Source of the DNA: an uncultured Planctomycetia bacterium
GTDB taxonomy: Bacteria > Omnitrophota > Gorgyraeia > JABMRG01
DNA: 64,000 bases
NCBI GenBank assembly: GCA_964634945.1
Contig: CAZWMG010000003.1
Span: forward strand, 37,861-101,860
Reading direction: 5' to 3'
Shown: in pieces, positions 9,377 to 18,838 of the stretch
How the letters are laid out: each line of letters begins with the position of its first letter
Position numbering within the stretch: position 1 is the first letter of the stretch
Notes under the pieces: generated by a model
The model's database searches: none
What the model was told of the DNA's origin: nothing
What the model saw: only the letters and a program-made list of their open reading frames with translations
Position numbers and translations under genes: made by a program

Positions 9377-9405
9377 ATTATAGCAAAACTAGTAACAAAT
9401 GTCAA
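9377..9405 (-). promoter_or_regulatory. near-consensus sigma70-type promoter for the HTH/nonulosonic sub-operon
   Basis: On the minus strand: TTGACA (plus coordinates 9400-9405), a 17 nt spacer, then TATAAT (9377-9382), 12-30 nt upstream of the HTH start codons. A further TTGAC and TAATGAnnnnTAATGA direct repeats lie just upstream at 9406-9437. Confidence 0.5.
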
Positions 9406-9437
9406 TACTATTCATTAATAGTCATTAGTAGTCAACA

Positions 9438-10925
9438 TCAACTATCTAAATATGGTTTCCCATAAGGTGATTTTTTAGTTACCCTTGATAGGGCCTTTCT
9501 CAATACAAGGATAGGCCCCTGGACCTTTATACTGATTATCAGTTTATTAAGAAAATTTAAGCCGCTAACCTTTAAAAAACGCCGTTTAAGGCGTAAAAAC
9601 CTATGCTTTTGGTATAAATCTTCTCTCACCTCTGCATCCAGACTCTTTTTCAGCCCTATCAGCTCATCATTTGAAAATGCTGTAGTGCAATTTCTGACAA
9701 ATTTAAGCGCGTCACCAGCTGTGGAGAGCTCTTCCATATACTTATCCTCATCTCCAATCTTTCCCATTGACTTCATCTCTTCGTACAACTCTGTTCCCGG
9801 ATATGCTGTAGCAAAAAAGAATGGATTGCTATTATCTCTATATCTATTTATATTCTTATAGAGAGCTGCTGTCTCTTTAACAGACTCTCTATCTTCATCA
9901 GGCAGGCCCAATATCCATGTACCTCCGGGCCTGATGCCGGCCTCAACTGTCCATCGCATTGCATCTTCAACCTGTTTTGGTGTAATCTGCTTTTTAATCC
10001 TCTTAAGCATCCTTGGGCTGCCCGATTCTATGCCATAAGCGACCATTGTACAGCCGGATTTTTTAAATAATGTCAATATCTCCTTATCCACAAGATTGAC
10101 TCTGCCCGTAGCTTTCCATTGCAACTTTAACTTGGATTTAATCAATCTGTTACAAAATTCAATTGCTCTCTTACGGCTTACTAAAAATAGGTCATCATTT
10201 ACAATAAAAGATCCTATCTTATACCGGCGCTTAAGCTCCTCTAACTCCTGCATAATATTATCTACGCTACGCAGTCTGACCTTTGTATCGTATGAACAGA
10301 AAGTGCACTGATATGGGCATCCTCTTCCTGTCGTTATATTCATAGTCCTGCTTGCCTTGAATATATTATTAGGAGGAAATGGAACGCGGGAATATATACC
10401 TTTCGCGTAGAAATAGTCCCACGCCGGAAAGGGAAGAGAATCCAAATCACTTATAAATTCGCGGGTATTGGTAGTTACAAGGGTATCTCCGTCTCTGAAT
10501 ATTATCCCATTTATATTATGAAGAGGTTTATCATTTTCCAACGCGTCCAGCAGCTCAACCATTGTAACCTCTCCCTCTCCAATAACCCCGATATCGACTC
10601 CGCTGTTTCTCATTATCAGCTCCGGGGATGGAGTCACCATATTGCCTCCGCTAATAATCTTTACATCAGGCCTTACTCTTTTTATATCATCCGCGGTCAT
10701 CTTGACAAACTTATAGGCAGTAGCAATACCGCCCATAGCCACAACATCGTATTGAAGTTTGCCAAAGATTGAGATAAGTTCATCACGCGTATATTCAAAA
10801 GCATCCGCGTCAACAACCTGTATAGTATGGCCTTTTCGCAGTAGCATGGCCGCTATATAAGCAGGGCCCATTGCCATTAAATTTCTGCCATGCCTAAATG
10901 GCGGTAGAACAAATAATACTCTCAT
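9438..10925 (-). CDS. B12-binding domain radical SAM protein (class B rSAM), paralogue 1
   Basis: 495 aa. N-terminal Rossmann-like B12-binding region (MRVLFVLPP...MGPAYIAAML...IQVVDA), a CxxxCxxC cluster (GCPYQCTFCS) and the radical SAM core. Confidence 0.8.
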   Translation of the reverse strand: MRVLFVLPPFRHGRNLMAMGPAYIAAMLLRKGHTIQVVDADAFEYTRDELISIFGKLQYDVVAMGGIATAYKFVKMTADDIKRVRPDVKIISGGNMVTPSPELIMRNSGVDIGVIGEGEVTMVELLDALENDKPLHNINGIIFRDGDTLVTTNTREFISDLDSLPFPAWDYFYAKGIYSRVPFPPNNIFKASRTMNITTGRGCPYQCTFCSYDTKVRLRSVDNIMQELEELKRRYKIGSFIVNDDLFLVSRKRAIEFCNRLIKSKLKLQWKATGRVNLVDKEILTLFKKSGCTMVAYGIESGSPRMLKRIKKQITPKQVEDAMRWTVEAGIRPGGTWILGLPDEDRESVKETAALYKNINRYRDNSNPFFFATAYPGTELYEEMKSMGKIGDEDKYMEELSTAGDALKFVRNCTTAFSNDELIGLKKSLDAEVREDLYQKHRFLRLKRRFLKVSGLNFLNKLIISIKVQGPILVLRKALSRVTKKSPYGKPYLDS

Positions 10926-10949
10926 AATCTTCCTTCCTTTATATCTTAG

Positions 10950-12761
10950 CTATATTTTATATATACAGTAATTAAGCCTACGGCCTTTGCGATCTATATA
11001 GGTGTGCGCATAGATAGGTTTTTTATTGGGTGGGAGGATTTTGAATAATTTATCTTTTGAATAAAACGCATTATCAAGATATAAGATATAGTCGATATTG
11101 TATTTTTTGAGTCTATTCAAAAACTTGGGGCTATTAAGTTCTGATTCTGATATCCCATCCTCTTCTATAAGATTTTTTAAATGTATATAGGGCCTATTGA
11201 TATAATATGCCCTTATCTCATTAATCATTAATATTTTGGCATCTTTTGGAATATTATTATTTATATATTCCCCAATATCATAGGTCCTTTCCGCCTCTGA
11301 GAGGTAGGCTTGTCTTGATTTAAGCCTAAGTGGCACCATTGCTTTCTCAGCGCAATGATAGAAAAGTAGGGCAAGATTAAATAAGCAGACAGATAGTAAG
11401 AGCAGCTTAACAAAAGCGGAAAACGGGCCTTTTTCTTTCAGGGTAAACATAAGTCCGCAACCTACAAGAATAGCTAATGGCATAAGTATGGGAAATAAAA
11501 ACCTGACAACAACAGGATCCACAAAAAACCATATCACAAGATAGCTAATGGCAAACATAGCCATAGCCTTTATCTGGACTATACGGTTTTTTAGTGTTAT
11601 TGCCAATGGCAAAAATAATAGATAGGCTACTCCAAAACTCTCTCCACCATGATATTGCGGAAACATTGTAAGTGTCCATGGAAGCCTTATCAGATTAAGT
11701 AAGGAAAATTTACTCGCTATATTATTTTCAAGGCCTCTTGACCATCCATGGTAATTAAAAAACTCCGCGAAAAAAGGATAAAGCGGATTTCCCTTTATAA
11801 CAAAGGAACGAAGATACCATACAAAAGAGCATAGGCCCGTGAAAAATATAAATATCCCCAGGGCTTTGAATAATATCAGAATTCTTTGTTTTTTCTGTAT
11901 ATACAAAAGATATATCACTGCAATAATCAACGCTAACAAGGTAATTACGCCTGTATATTTTATACTTAGCACAAAACCGCAGAAAACCCCTGAAAGCGCA
12001 AGCCATCTGCTTTTCCTTCTTTCCATATATTTAAACAGGCTTAATAGAGCTAAAAAACCATAAAACGCCTGAGGTATGTCTACATACGCGTATGTTATCT
12101 GCGTAAAAATAGCAGGCGTTAAAAAGAAAATAGCCGCTGATATAATGCCTGCCTCTTTTGAGAAACGGTTCCTCACATAAAAATATACAGTAAGCAGTGA
12201 TAGGATACCGAATGAATATGCCATAAGTTTTACAAGAATATCCGAGCCTATGAGCATACAAAGCGCGAATAGACTCTCTATTAAATACGGCCATAGAGAT
12301 TCTCTTGTATATGGAAGATAGGAAAATCTTTGATTCTGAAGGAAAGTCTTCACTTGGACTAATCTATACGCGAGACTATCATTGCCTATCAGCGGCGCTA
12401 AAGTAGCTAAAAAGGTAAATAAGAGCCCTAATAACAGGGCAAGAGATAAGGCCTTAATAAAAAAGGGCATCCTTGTAAACCTAAATTCCCGCAAAGAACT
12501 TATCAGCCGCTTTAAGATATAGATTATCTTTTGGATTGAAATAAACGCAAGCAGTGAAAGAAGCGTTATGACTGATATTTTATTTAGACGGCCTGCTATC
12601 CCTAGAAAAAATACCAAGTAACCTAATATGCCCATTCCCAAGGCTGTGGAAAATACTATTCTTTCATTGGCATATGAAAACTTGAATTTAAAACTGTCCA
12701 GGCAAAACATACCAAAGCCGCAGGAAATCAGCAATATTATTAAGATATAAATTAGTTCCAT
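10950..12761 (-). CDS. polytopic membrane protein, probable GT-C-fold glycosyltransferase with a C-terminal soluble domain
   Basis: 603 aa. More than 10 predicted hydrophobic helices followed by a roughly 120 aa hydrophilic C-terminus. No DE motif. It lies between a B12-rSAM gene and a PMT/ArnT-like gene. Confidence 0.4.
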   Translation of the reverse strand: MELIYILIILLISCGFGMFCLDSFKFKFSYANERIVFSTALGMGILGYLVFFLGIAGRLNKISVITLLSLLAFISIQKIIYILKRLISSLREFRFTRMPFFIKALSLALLLGLLFTFLATLAPLIGNDSLAYRLVQVKTFLQNQRFSYLPYTRESLWPYLIESLFALCMLIGSDILVKLMAYSFGILSLLTVYFYVRNRFSKEAGIISAAIFFLTPAIFTQITYAYVDIPQAFYGFLALLSLFKYMERRKSRWLALSGVFCGFVLSIKYTGVITLLALIIAVIYLLYIQKKQRILILFKALGIFIFFTGLCSFVWYLRSFVIKGNPLYPFFAEFFNYHGWSRGLENNIASKFSLLNLIRLPWTLTMFPQYHGGESFGVAYLLFLPLAITLKNRIVQIKAMAMFAISYLVIWFFVDPVVVRFLFPILMPLAILVGCGLMFTLKEKGPFSAFVKLLLLSVCLFNLALLFYHCAEKAMVPLRLKSRQAYLSEAERTYDIGEYINNNIPKDAKILMINEIRAYYINRPYIHLKNLIEEDGISESELNSPKFLNRLKKYNIDYILYLDNAFYSKDKLFKILPPNKKPIYAHTYIDRKGRRLNYCIYKI

Positions 12762-12771
12762 ATACTCTCTA

Positions 12772-14250
12772 TTATTTTAAAGAAAATATAATATATCTTC
12801 CCTTTTTATGTTCTATGAGACCATAGTTTTCAATCATATATTCCTTAAATTCAGGACTGTTGTTAAATTCATCCATTACAGGGCATAGATAAAAATCCGC
12901 GCCCTCTCCCTTAAGCTTCTCAAGCCTCTTTATAACTTCTTTCGCAGTTGGGCCGCCTCCGCCAGTCAGGTGCAGGCTCCACCCTTTTCTGTCGCAATAA
13001 TAAAGCCCCTGAGGCCCACCCGCTGCGCTTGCTATTATCAGGTCATCTTTATTGGTAATTTCATTTACCCGCTCTCCCGCTTCCTGTAGATATCTATAAC
13101 CTTTAGGAACCACATAAGCATAAGCGGCGTATCTTAACCAAAATGGGAGTATTAAAATAATCAATAACGCCTTTGCCCATCTCTTATTCAAAAGAGTCCT
13201 GGACCAATCAAGTTTTCCCGTAAATACTATTGCCCTTGATATAAATATAGCGAATATAGGAAGCATATTAAGACTATAATATGGGTCTAAGAGATGTGTA
13301 ATAAAACCGATTGAATACACAAGAGCGCCTAAAAGCCATGCCCATATCAGATTTTCTTTGCCCCTTGTCTTAATAAAAAAACCGAAAATCAAAAACGTAA
13401 GCCCTATAGGGGTAAGCAATATGCCGGAGTATATCTCCATAAGCCTTATATAAAAATCTTTACTAAGTAATACAGACAGATCAAACCAGTTGGAGACCTG
13501 AAAATTATACGCCATATTCTGAGTATGCGCTGAATGCACAGACCTTCCGTGTAAAAGCCACAGGATTACGGGAAGAAGCGCTATGGTGAGATAGAGATAG
13601 TTTCTATAATTTAAAAGGAAGCGCCACCTTTCTTTTTTCCATATAAGAAACATAAGGGGTATAAAGATATAAAAAGACTGCGGCTTTACAAGCATTGCTA
13701 TAGAGAGAAAAACCGCGGAGTACAAAAAAAACAGGTTTTTTTTATTATCACAAAAACTAACAAGAAAATATAACGCGCCTAATGAAAAAAAGAGCATCTC
13801 AAAATCAGGCATAAATACCCTGCTAAATATTATAGATAATGGCGATAAGCCAAAAACCAATACCGCCCAGAGAGCATGGGTGCGGTCAAATATCTTTTTA
13901 GTTATAGCGTATAAAAAATACGCTGCCCCAGAAAAAAAGAATATACTAAACAGCCTTCCCACCCACTCATAGACCCCGCCTAAAAGCATATACCCCAATC
14001 CGGCAAGCGCGTTTAAAAATGGAAACTCCAGGACAAGGTATCCTGAAGTAGCCCCAAAATGGTCTACACGCGGATAAAAGATATTTATTCCATACTTAAA
14101 AAAATTACGAGCGATGGAGGCTGTCTGTACCTGGCGCATAGCGGTACCTTCAAGTATAGGCATTGTGATATTAATAAATCTTATACCGATTATCAGCGCG
14201 AAGACTGATAGCAACAGAATTTTTCTCTTATTCCAGATTATATTCATCAT
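12772..14250 (-). CDS. PMT/ArnT-like (GT39/GT83-type) GT-C membrane glycosyltransferase
   Basis: 492 aa. Multi-pass membrane N-terminal region with the first periplasmic loop motif (EGTAMRQVQTASIARNF) and a C-terminal periplasmic domain, as in the PMT_2/ArnT family. Confidence 0.5.
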   Translation of the reverse strand: MMNIIWNKRKILLLSVFALIIGIRFINITMPILEGTAMRQVQTASIARNFFKYGINIFYPRVDHFGATSGYLVLEFPFLNALAGLGYMLLGGVYEWVGRLFSIFFFSGAAYFLYAITKKIFDRTHALWAVLVFGLSPLSIIFSRVFMPDFEMLFFSLGALYFLVSFCDNKKNLFFLYSAVFLSIAMLVKPQSFYIFIPLMFLIWKKERWRFLLNYRNYLYLTIALLPVILWLLHGRSVHSAHTQNMAYNFQVSNWFDLSVLLSKDFYIRLMEIYSGILLTPIGLTFLIFGFFIKTRGKENLIWAWLLGALVYSIGFITHLLDPYYSLNMLPIFAIFISRAIVFTGKLDWSRTLLNKRWAKALLIILILPFWLRYAAYAYVVPKGYRYLQEAGERVNEITNKDDLIIASAAGGPQGLYYCDRKGWSLHLTGGGGPTAKEVIKRLEKLKGEGADFYLCPVMDEFNNSPEFKEYMIENYGLIEHKKGRYIIFSLK

Positions 14251-15656
14251 AGCCCCTTATTATTTAATATCATCTTGCATAAACTCATGGCTGTTGAAAC
14301 ATTCAGCTTCAAGCGGTTATAACTTCTTATGCGCAGCAGCTGCTTTAATATCTTGGTTGGCCTAAAATAAAATTCTCTATAGGCACGTTTCTGTATATGG
14401 AACAGGTCCTCCTGGCTTAAACCGTCAAGGTAATGAATGGGTGGAGTGTGTATCCCATAATTATCATAGTCATGACTCAATAGAAAATCATTATCAAGCA
14501 AATATTGATAAGCCTCTGTGCCTGGGTACGGTTTTAAGATATGAAATTTGGCTATATCAGGATCAAGTCTTTTGGCAAATTCTATGGTCTGCTCCGCTGT
14601 CTCACTATCTTCGCCAGGCAGGCCGAACATAAAGAATGCCCATGTCTCAAGCCCTGCCTGTTTTGCCATATTAAAGGCATCCTCTATCCTGCTTAATGCT
14701 ATTCCTTTTCTGGCCATGTCAAGAACCTTTTGACTTCCTGACTCGACACCTATAGCAATGCTATAAGTGCCCATATCCTTAAGCGATTTCAAAATTTCCT
14801 TGTTTAAAAAATCCGCTCTTAAACCATTCGGGAAAGCGAATTTAACCTTTACACCGCGCTTTCTTATCTCGTCTCTTATGCTAAATACTCTTTCTTTCTT
14901 TGTAACAAAATTGTCATCCCATATATGTATCTCTTTAATTCCGAATTCCTTTTGCAAATATTCTATCTCATCTACAACATTTTCTGCGCTACGGGCCCTA
15001 AAGGCTTTTCCAAATATTGACTGGGCGTTACAATAAGTGCACCTTCCGGGACACCCCCTACTCGTTATTATGGGGGCGGTTTTCGCGTATAAAGAATCGG
15101 GATATGTATAGGATCTGTTTTTGAATAATTTTCTCGCTGGAAGCGGAAGAGCATCTAAATCTTTTATAAGCTCCCTATCGGGATTGGTTATAATCTCATC
15201 ACCTCTTTTAAAAAGTATACCATCCACATGCTCAAGACTTTTATTGCCACTAATGGCGTTTAATAACTCTATAAACGTCTTTTCGCCTTCACCTTTTATC
15301 ACAAAATCTACATCGCGGTGCTTAAGACTCGTTTTCGGCATTACAGAAGGATACATCCCGCCGAAGATAACTTGCACATTAGGCGCTGATCTTTTAGCCG
15401 TATTCGCGGCTTCTAATGAAGAGCTTAACGTAGGCACAGTAACCGTAATGCCAACAACATCAGGGTTTTCATATTTTAACCTATCATAAAGCGTATTTTT
15501 TAAAAGATCCTCCGCATCCACATCTATAATAGAAGCATCATAGCCATTATTTTGCAATACAGCCGCTATATAAGCTAAGCCCATATGCATCTGTACCGGC
15601 GGCTTTAGTTTGCCGTATATATGCTGCTGCGAGGGGTTAATCAATATAACTTTCAT
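14247..15656 (-). CDS. B12-binding domain radical SAM protein, paralogue 2
   Basis: 469 aa. MKVILINPS...MGLAYIAAVL B12-binding N-terminus and GCPGRCTYCN radical SAM cysteine triad. It overlaps the downstream gene by 4 bp. Confidence 0.8.
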   Translation of the reverse strand: MKVILINPSQQHIYGKLKPPVQMHMGLAYIAAVLQNNGYDASIIDVDAEDLLKNTLYDRLKYENPDVVGITVTVPTLSSSLEAANTAKRSAPNVQVIFGGMYPSVMPKTSLKHRDVDFVIKGEGEKTFIELLNAISGNKSLEHVDGILFKRGDEIITNPDRELIKDLDALPLPARKLFKNRSYTYPDSLYAKTAPIITSRGCPGRCTYCNAQSIFGKAFRARSAENVVDEIEYLQKEFGIKEIHIWDDNFVTKKERVFSIRDEIRKRGVKVKFAFPNGLRADFLNKEILKSLKDMGTYSIAIGVESGSQKVLDMARKGIALSRIEDAFNMAKQAGLETWAFFMFGLPGEDSETAEQTIEFAKRLDPDIAKFHILKPYPGTEAYQYLLDNDFLLSHDYDNYGIHTPPIHYLDGLSQEDLFHIQKRAYREFYFRPTKILKQLLRIRSYNRLKLNVSTAMSLCKMILNNKGL

Positions 15657-16366
15657 CTCGTCCTATTTCTTTTGGCAAACAACGCCCAGAAATACCAATG
15701 TAAATAACTTCTAAAAACCTTGCCTAAATTAAAACTCGATACCCCGGCGACCCTATCTTTCCATACAGTCGGTATCTCTGTTATTTTAAAACCTTTCAAG
15801 AAAAGCTTTACCACTATCTCCAAAGAACAGGCAAAACCCGCTTCCTGTATCTCTATGGAATCAAGGGCTTCTTTTCTATACATCTTAAAGGCATTACTTG
15901 TATCATGGGTAGGTATACCTGTTAAAAAACAAAGGCTCAAGCCTGACCATCGCGAAAGCAGGCTCTGCAGGAATCTTCCACCAAGTTTTTTACCGTTTTT
16001 CATATATCGCGAAGCACAGACAACATCATAACCTTCTAATATCTTTTCATACATCTCATTGATGCTATGCGGGTCATCGCATGAATCCGCCATAACCGGC
16101 ACGACAATGTCCCCTTTTGCTTCTGAAAAACCTTTTTTAATAGCATTTGTAAAACCCGGTTCTGTATCATTGTCCACCAAGCGTACATTATTGAATTTTT
16201 GGAAAAGCTTCTTTGCGGCTATAGTAGTATTATCGCTGGAATGGTCATTAACAATAACAACCTCATGCACAACTGTGACAATAGACTCGATGTTAGATAT
16301 TGTTGCAGGAAGCGAAGCCTCTTCATTGTGTGCCGGTATAACTATCGTCAGTTTCATCTGTTTCAT
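15653..16366 (-). CDS. GT2 polyprenol-phosphate sugar synthase-like glycosyltransferase (Dpm1/GtrB/ArnC type)
   Basis: 237 aa. IVIPAHNEE...VIVNDHSSDNT..., the D.D catalytic region, and a length typical of single-domain GT-A Dpm1-like enzymes. Confidence 0.7.
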   Translation of the reverse strand: MKQMKLTIVIPAHNEEASLPATISNIESIVTVVHEVVIVNDHSSDNTTIAAKKLFQKFNNVRLVDNDTEPGFTNAIKKGFSEAKGDIVVPVMADSCDDPHSINEMYEKILEGYDVVCASRYMKNGKKLGGRFLQSLLSRWSGLSLCFLTGIPTHDTSNAFKMYRKEALDSIEIQEAGFACSLEIVVKLFLKGFKITEIPTVWKDRVAGVSSFNLGKVFRSYLHWYFWALFAKRNRTR

Positions 16367-16478
16367 CGATTTAAGGCCTCCGCCACTTTCACAGCTAAGT
16401 AGAGCTTACCGTAGAAAAATATAATTAAAGCTACCCAGATAAGATATAAAAATTTTAAGATAAGTTTTTTTTTCTCTA

Positions 16479-17192
16479 TTAGCATGCTAACCCTCTTTGC
16501 TTAAACAGAAGCAGGCGAAACAGATGCTGCAAATACTTAAACTGTTGGCTTATACTAAGCTTGCCCTTGCCCGCATATCTCTTGCCGAATATTATAGGTA
16601 TCTCAACTATACTTTCAGTGCCTGACTTAACAAGTAACTCAAGTCCTATCTTAAAACCTATCGGGTTTAATATGCCATAATCAGTTATCAGATCTTTACG
16701 AAACGCGAAAAAGCCGGACATCGGATCGCTTACCGTAACAAGCGGGCACGCCAAGGCCCTTGAGACAATAGCATTAATCTTTCTAAAAATTCCGAACCCT
16801 TCTATACTAGCGCCCTTAACAAATCTACTACCTATGCTAATATCGCACTCTTTATCTATTATAGGCTTTATTAATTCCGGTATCTTATCCGGAGGGTGGC
16901 TTAGATCAGCATCCATGACCACCAGCATATCTCCTGTTGACATTCTAAGTCCGTCTATTGCCGAGGCAGATAGGTCTCTCTCGGCTCTTCTTACCTTAAT
17001 ACGCACTGGAAACTTACAGGCCAATGCCGATACCGCGTCACAGATTCCGTCCTTAGAATTATCATCTACTATTACAACCTCGTATTTATAATCAGATATT
17101 AGCATCACGCGATCAATACTTTTTACGAGCAGCTCTACATTACCCGCTTCCTTGTATGTTGGTATTACTATGGATATAAACGGATTTTTCAT
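16479..17192 (-). CDS. GT2 polyprenol-phosphate sugar synthase-like glycosyltransferase (Dpm1/GtrB/ArnC type)
   Basis: 237 aa. ISIVIPTYKEAGNV...VVIVDDNSKDG...VVMDADLSHPP. Confidence 0.7.
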   Translation of the reverse strand: MKNPFISIVIPTYKEAGNVELLVKSIDRVMLISDYKYEVVIVDDNSKDGICDAVSALACKFPVRIKVRRAERDLSASAIDGLRMSTGDMLVVMDADLSHPPDKIPELIKPIIDKECDISIGSRFVKGASIEGFGIFRKINAIVSRALACPLVTVSDPMSGFFAFRKDLITDYGILNPIGFKIGLELLVKSGTESIVEIPIIFGKRYAGKGKLSISQQFKYLQHLFRLLLFKQRGLAC

Positions 17193-18838
17193 AGTTCTTT
17201 TTCTCTTAGGTCATAAACGAATATAGAATAACCCATTTTCGCCTCCGGAGTATAATCCTTGGCCCACTTCACATGATCCAAAAGCTGTACACTTACAGCA
17301 TAGACCTTGCCTTCAGGCTCCGAGTATTCGCTTATTTTTAAAGGGGTCGCATTGATGCCATATGCCGCTGGTGAATCTTCCCCAAAATATTCAAGCGTAA
17401 TCTCTTCTATGCCGTTACCCTTGAGATAGCTTGAAAGATCGGGCAGGTCCTGCCCCCAATCTATGTTAGAATCACGCAGATATCGCCAGCCATTATCAGG
17501 GCCTCCTGCTATTTCATTAAAATAACTTAAAAAATGCGGCCTAATCGCAAGCGCGGAGAAAACAATCCATATACATAGAACCGATATAATAATTTTTGAT
17601 AATCGATATTTAAATAGATCAATGCTTCTTGCCGATATCATAAAACATAAGGGGTATATAGGTAATAGATGCCTGATACCAACCTGGAGGTTGCTGCCTA
17701 AGGCGATAATAAAATATACAAAAAAAGGCACTATTAAAAATAAATCATTCATAGACAATCTTTTCCTGATAGAGACGATCAGGCCCGTTACAAATAATAT
17801 AAGAAAAGGGATAGGCGTTTTAATCAAGAAAGCGACTAAAAAATATAACGGGCTCCCTTTCTGCGACCATTGGCCGCAAAAATATGTCAGGTGCCCTTGA
17901 TGACTGTGCCTTAATACGCCAAAAAACCCGAGTATATGTTCCCCTAAAGGCGTGGGAACTCTCATTAAAAAATATTCCAACGCAGTGTTAGCTGCAGCCT
18001 GATTCAAATGGAACATCTTTCCAATTAGCATTGACGCAAACTTCAGCTTCTCTCCTGCCCTCATAGCGTTTACTAATATAGGCTCTACCCTAAAACCATA
18101 TCCTGCCCAGATAGTAAGGACTGAGATTAAAAAAATAAACCACACCCCTGAAAAACTCGCCCTTTTAAGCATATCCTTGTTTTTGTTTAGAGCTATTATA
18201 TAAAGCATTATAAAAATTGGGTATAAGATAAGCATGGAGTACTTTGACAACTGCGCAAAACCTAAACATAGGCCCGCTAATGCAACGCTCATCTTTTTGG
18301 GATTTTTTAAAAATAACCAAAACGTAAAAAGGCTTAAGGTCATAAAAAACGTTGTTACAATATCAGTTGTCGCCAATCTTGTGTGCGCTAATATGGTAGG
18401 GGAAAAACAGTATATAAAAAGAGCGAAGAATGCCACTTTTTCTCCATACATCCTACGAGACCATATAAATAATAAGAGTCCGAGCATCGTACCAAGCGCG
18501 ATAACAACGAGCCTTGAGGCAAAAAGCATCTGCTTAGAGTTGTTGTTATACTTAAAAAAGAAATCCCTGCTAAATGCCGCCCTGTCCTGATTTCTCCATA
18601 CATTTTTATCCGCGGGCAATACGGGATCTAAAAAAGCTGCTACCGGAGCGGCAACAATATATTTTGGCAAAGGCGGCGAATCGGTCGCCATCTTCAAATC
18701 ACCTTTTTCTATAAATACTACTCCCGGTGGGATATGATGTGCCATCTCATCACAAGTGCCTGACTTCCTTACAATGCTTGAAATTGCTAAGAAAGCAAAA
18801 ATACCCAGCAGTAATACAACTAGCGCTATTCTTTTCAT
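17189..18838 (-). CDS. PMT/ArnT-like GT-C membrane glycosyltransferase (DE motif)
   Basis: 549 aa. N-terminal TM helix, then CDEMAHH in the first loop (the Asp-Glu motif of GT39/GT83), multiple TM helices and a C-terminal soluble domain. Confidence 0.6.
   Translation of the reverse strand: MKRIALVVLLLGIFAFLAISSIVRKSGTCDEMAHHIPPGVVFIEKGDLKMATDSPPLPKYIVAAPVAAFLDPVLPADKNVWRNQDRAAFSRDFFFKYNNNSKQMLFASRLVVIALGTMLGLLLFIWSRRMYGEKVAFFALFIYCFSPTILAHTRLATTDIVTTFFMTLSLFTFWLFLKNPKKMSVALAGLCLGFAQLSKYSMLILYPIFIMLYIIALNKNKDMLKRASFSGVWFIFLISVLTIWAGYGFRVEPILVNAMRAGEKLKFASMLIGKMFHLNQAAANTALEYFLMRVPTPLGEHILGFFGVLRHSHQGHLTYFCGQWSQKGSPLYFLVAFLIKTPIPFLILFVTGLIVSIRKRLSMNDLFLIVPFFVYFIIALGSNLQVGIRHLLPIYPLCFMISARSIDLFKYRLSKIIISVLCIWIVFSALAIRPHFLSYFNEIAGGPDNGWRYLRDSNIDWGQDLPDLSSYLKGNGIEEITLEYFGEDSPAAYGINATPLKISEYSEPEGKVYAVSVQLLDHVKWAKDYTPEAKMGYSIFVYDLREKEL

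Noticed and set aside
16465-16473. T9 homopolymer in the 112-bp intergenic spacer between two Dpm1-like GT2 genes
   Set aside because: It could be a slipped-strand regulatory tract, but runs of 8-9 A/T are frequent in this AT-rich sequence (for example 13739-13746, 20766-20773). I see no basis to single it out without population data.
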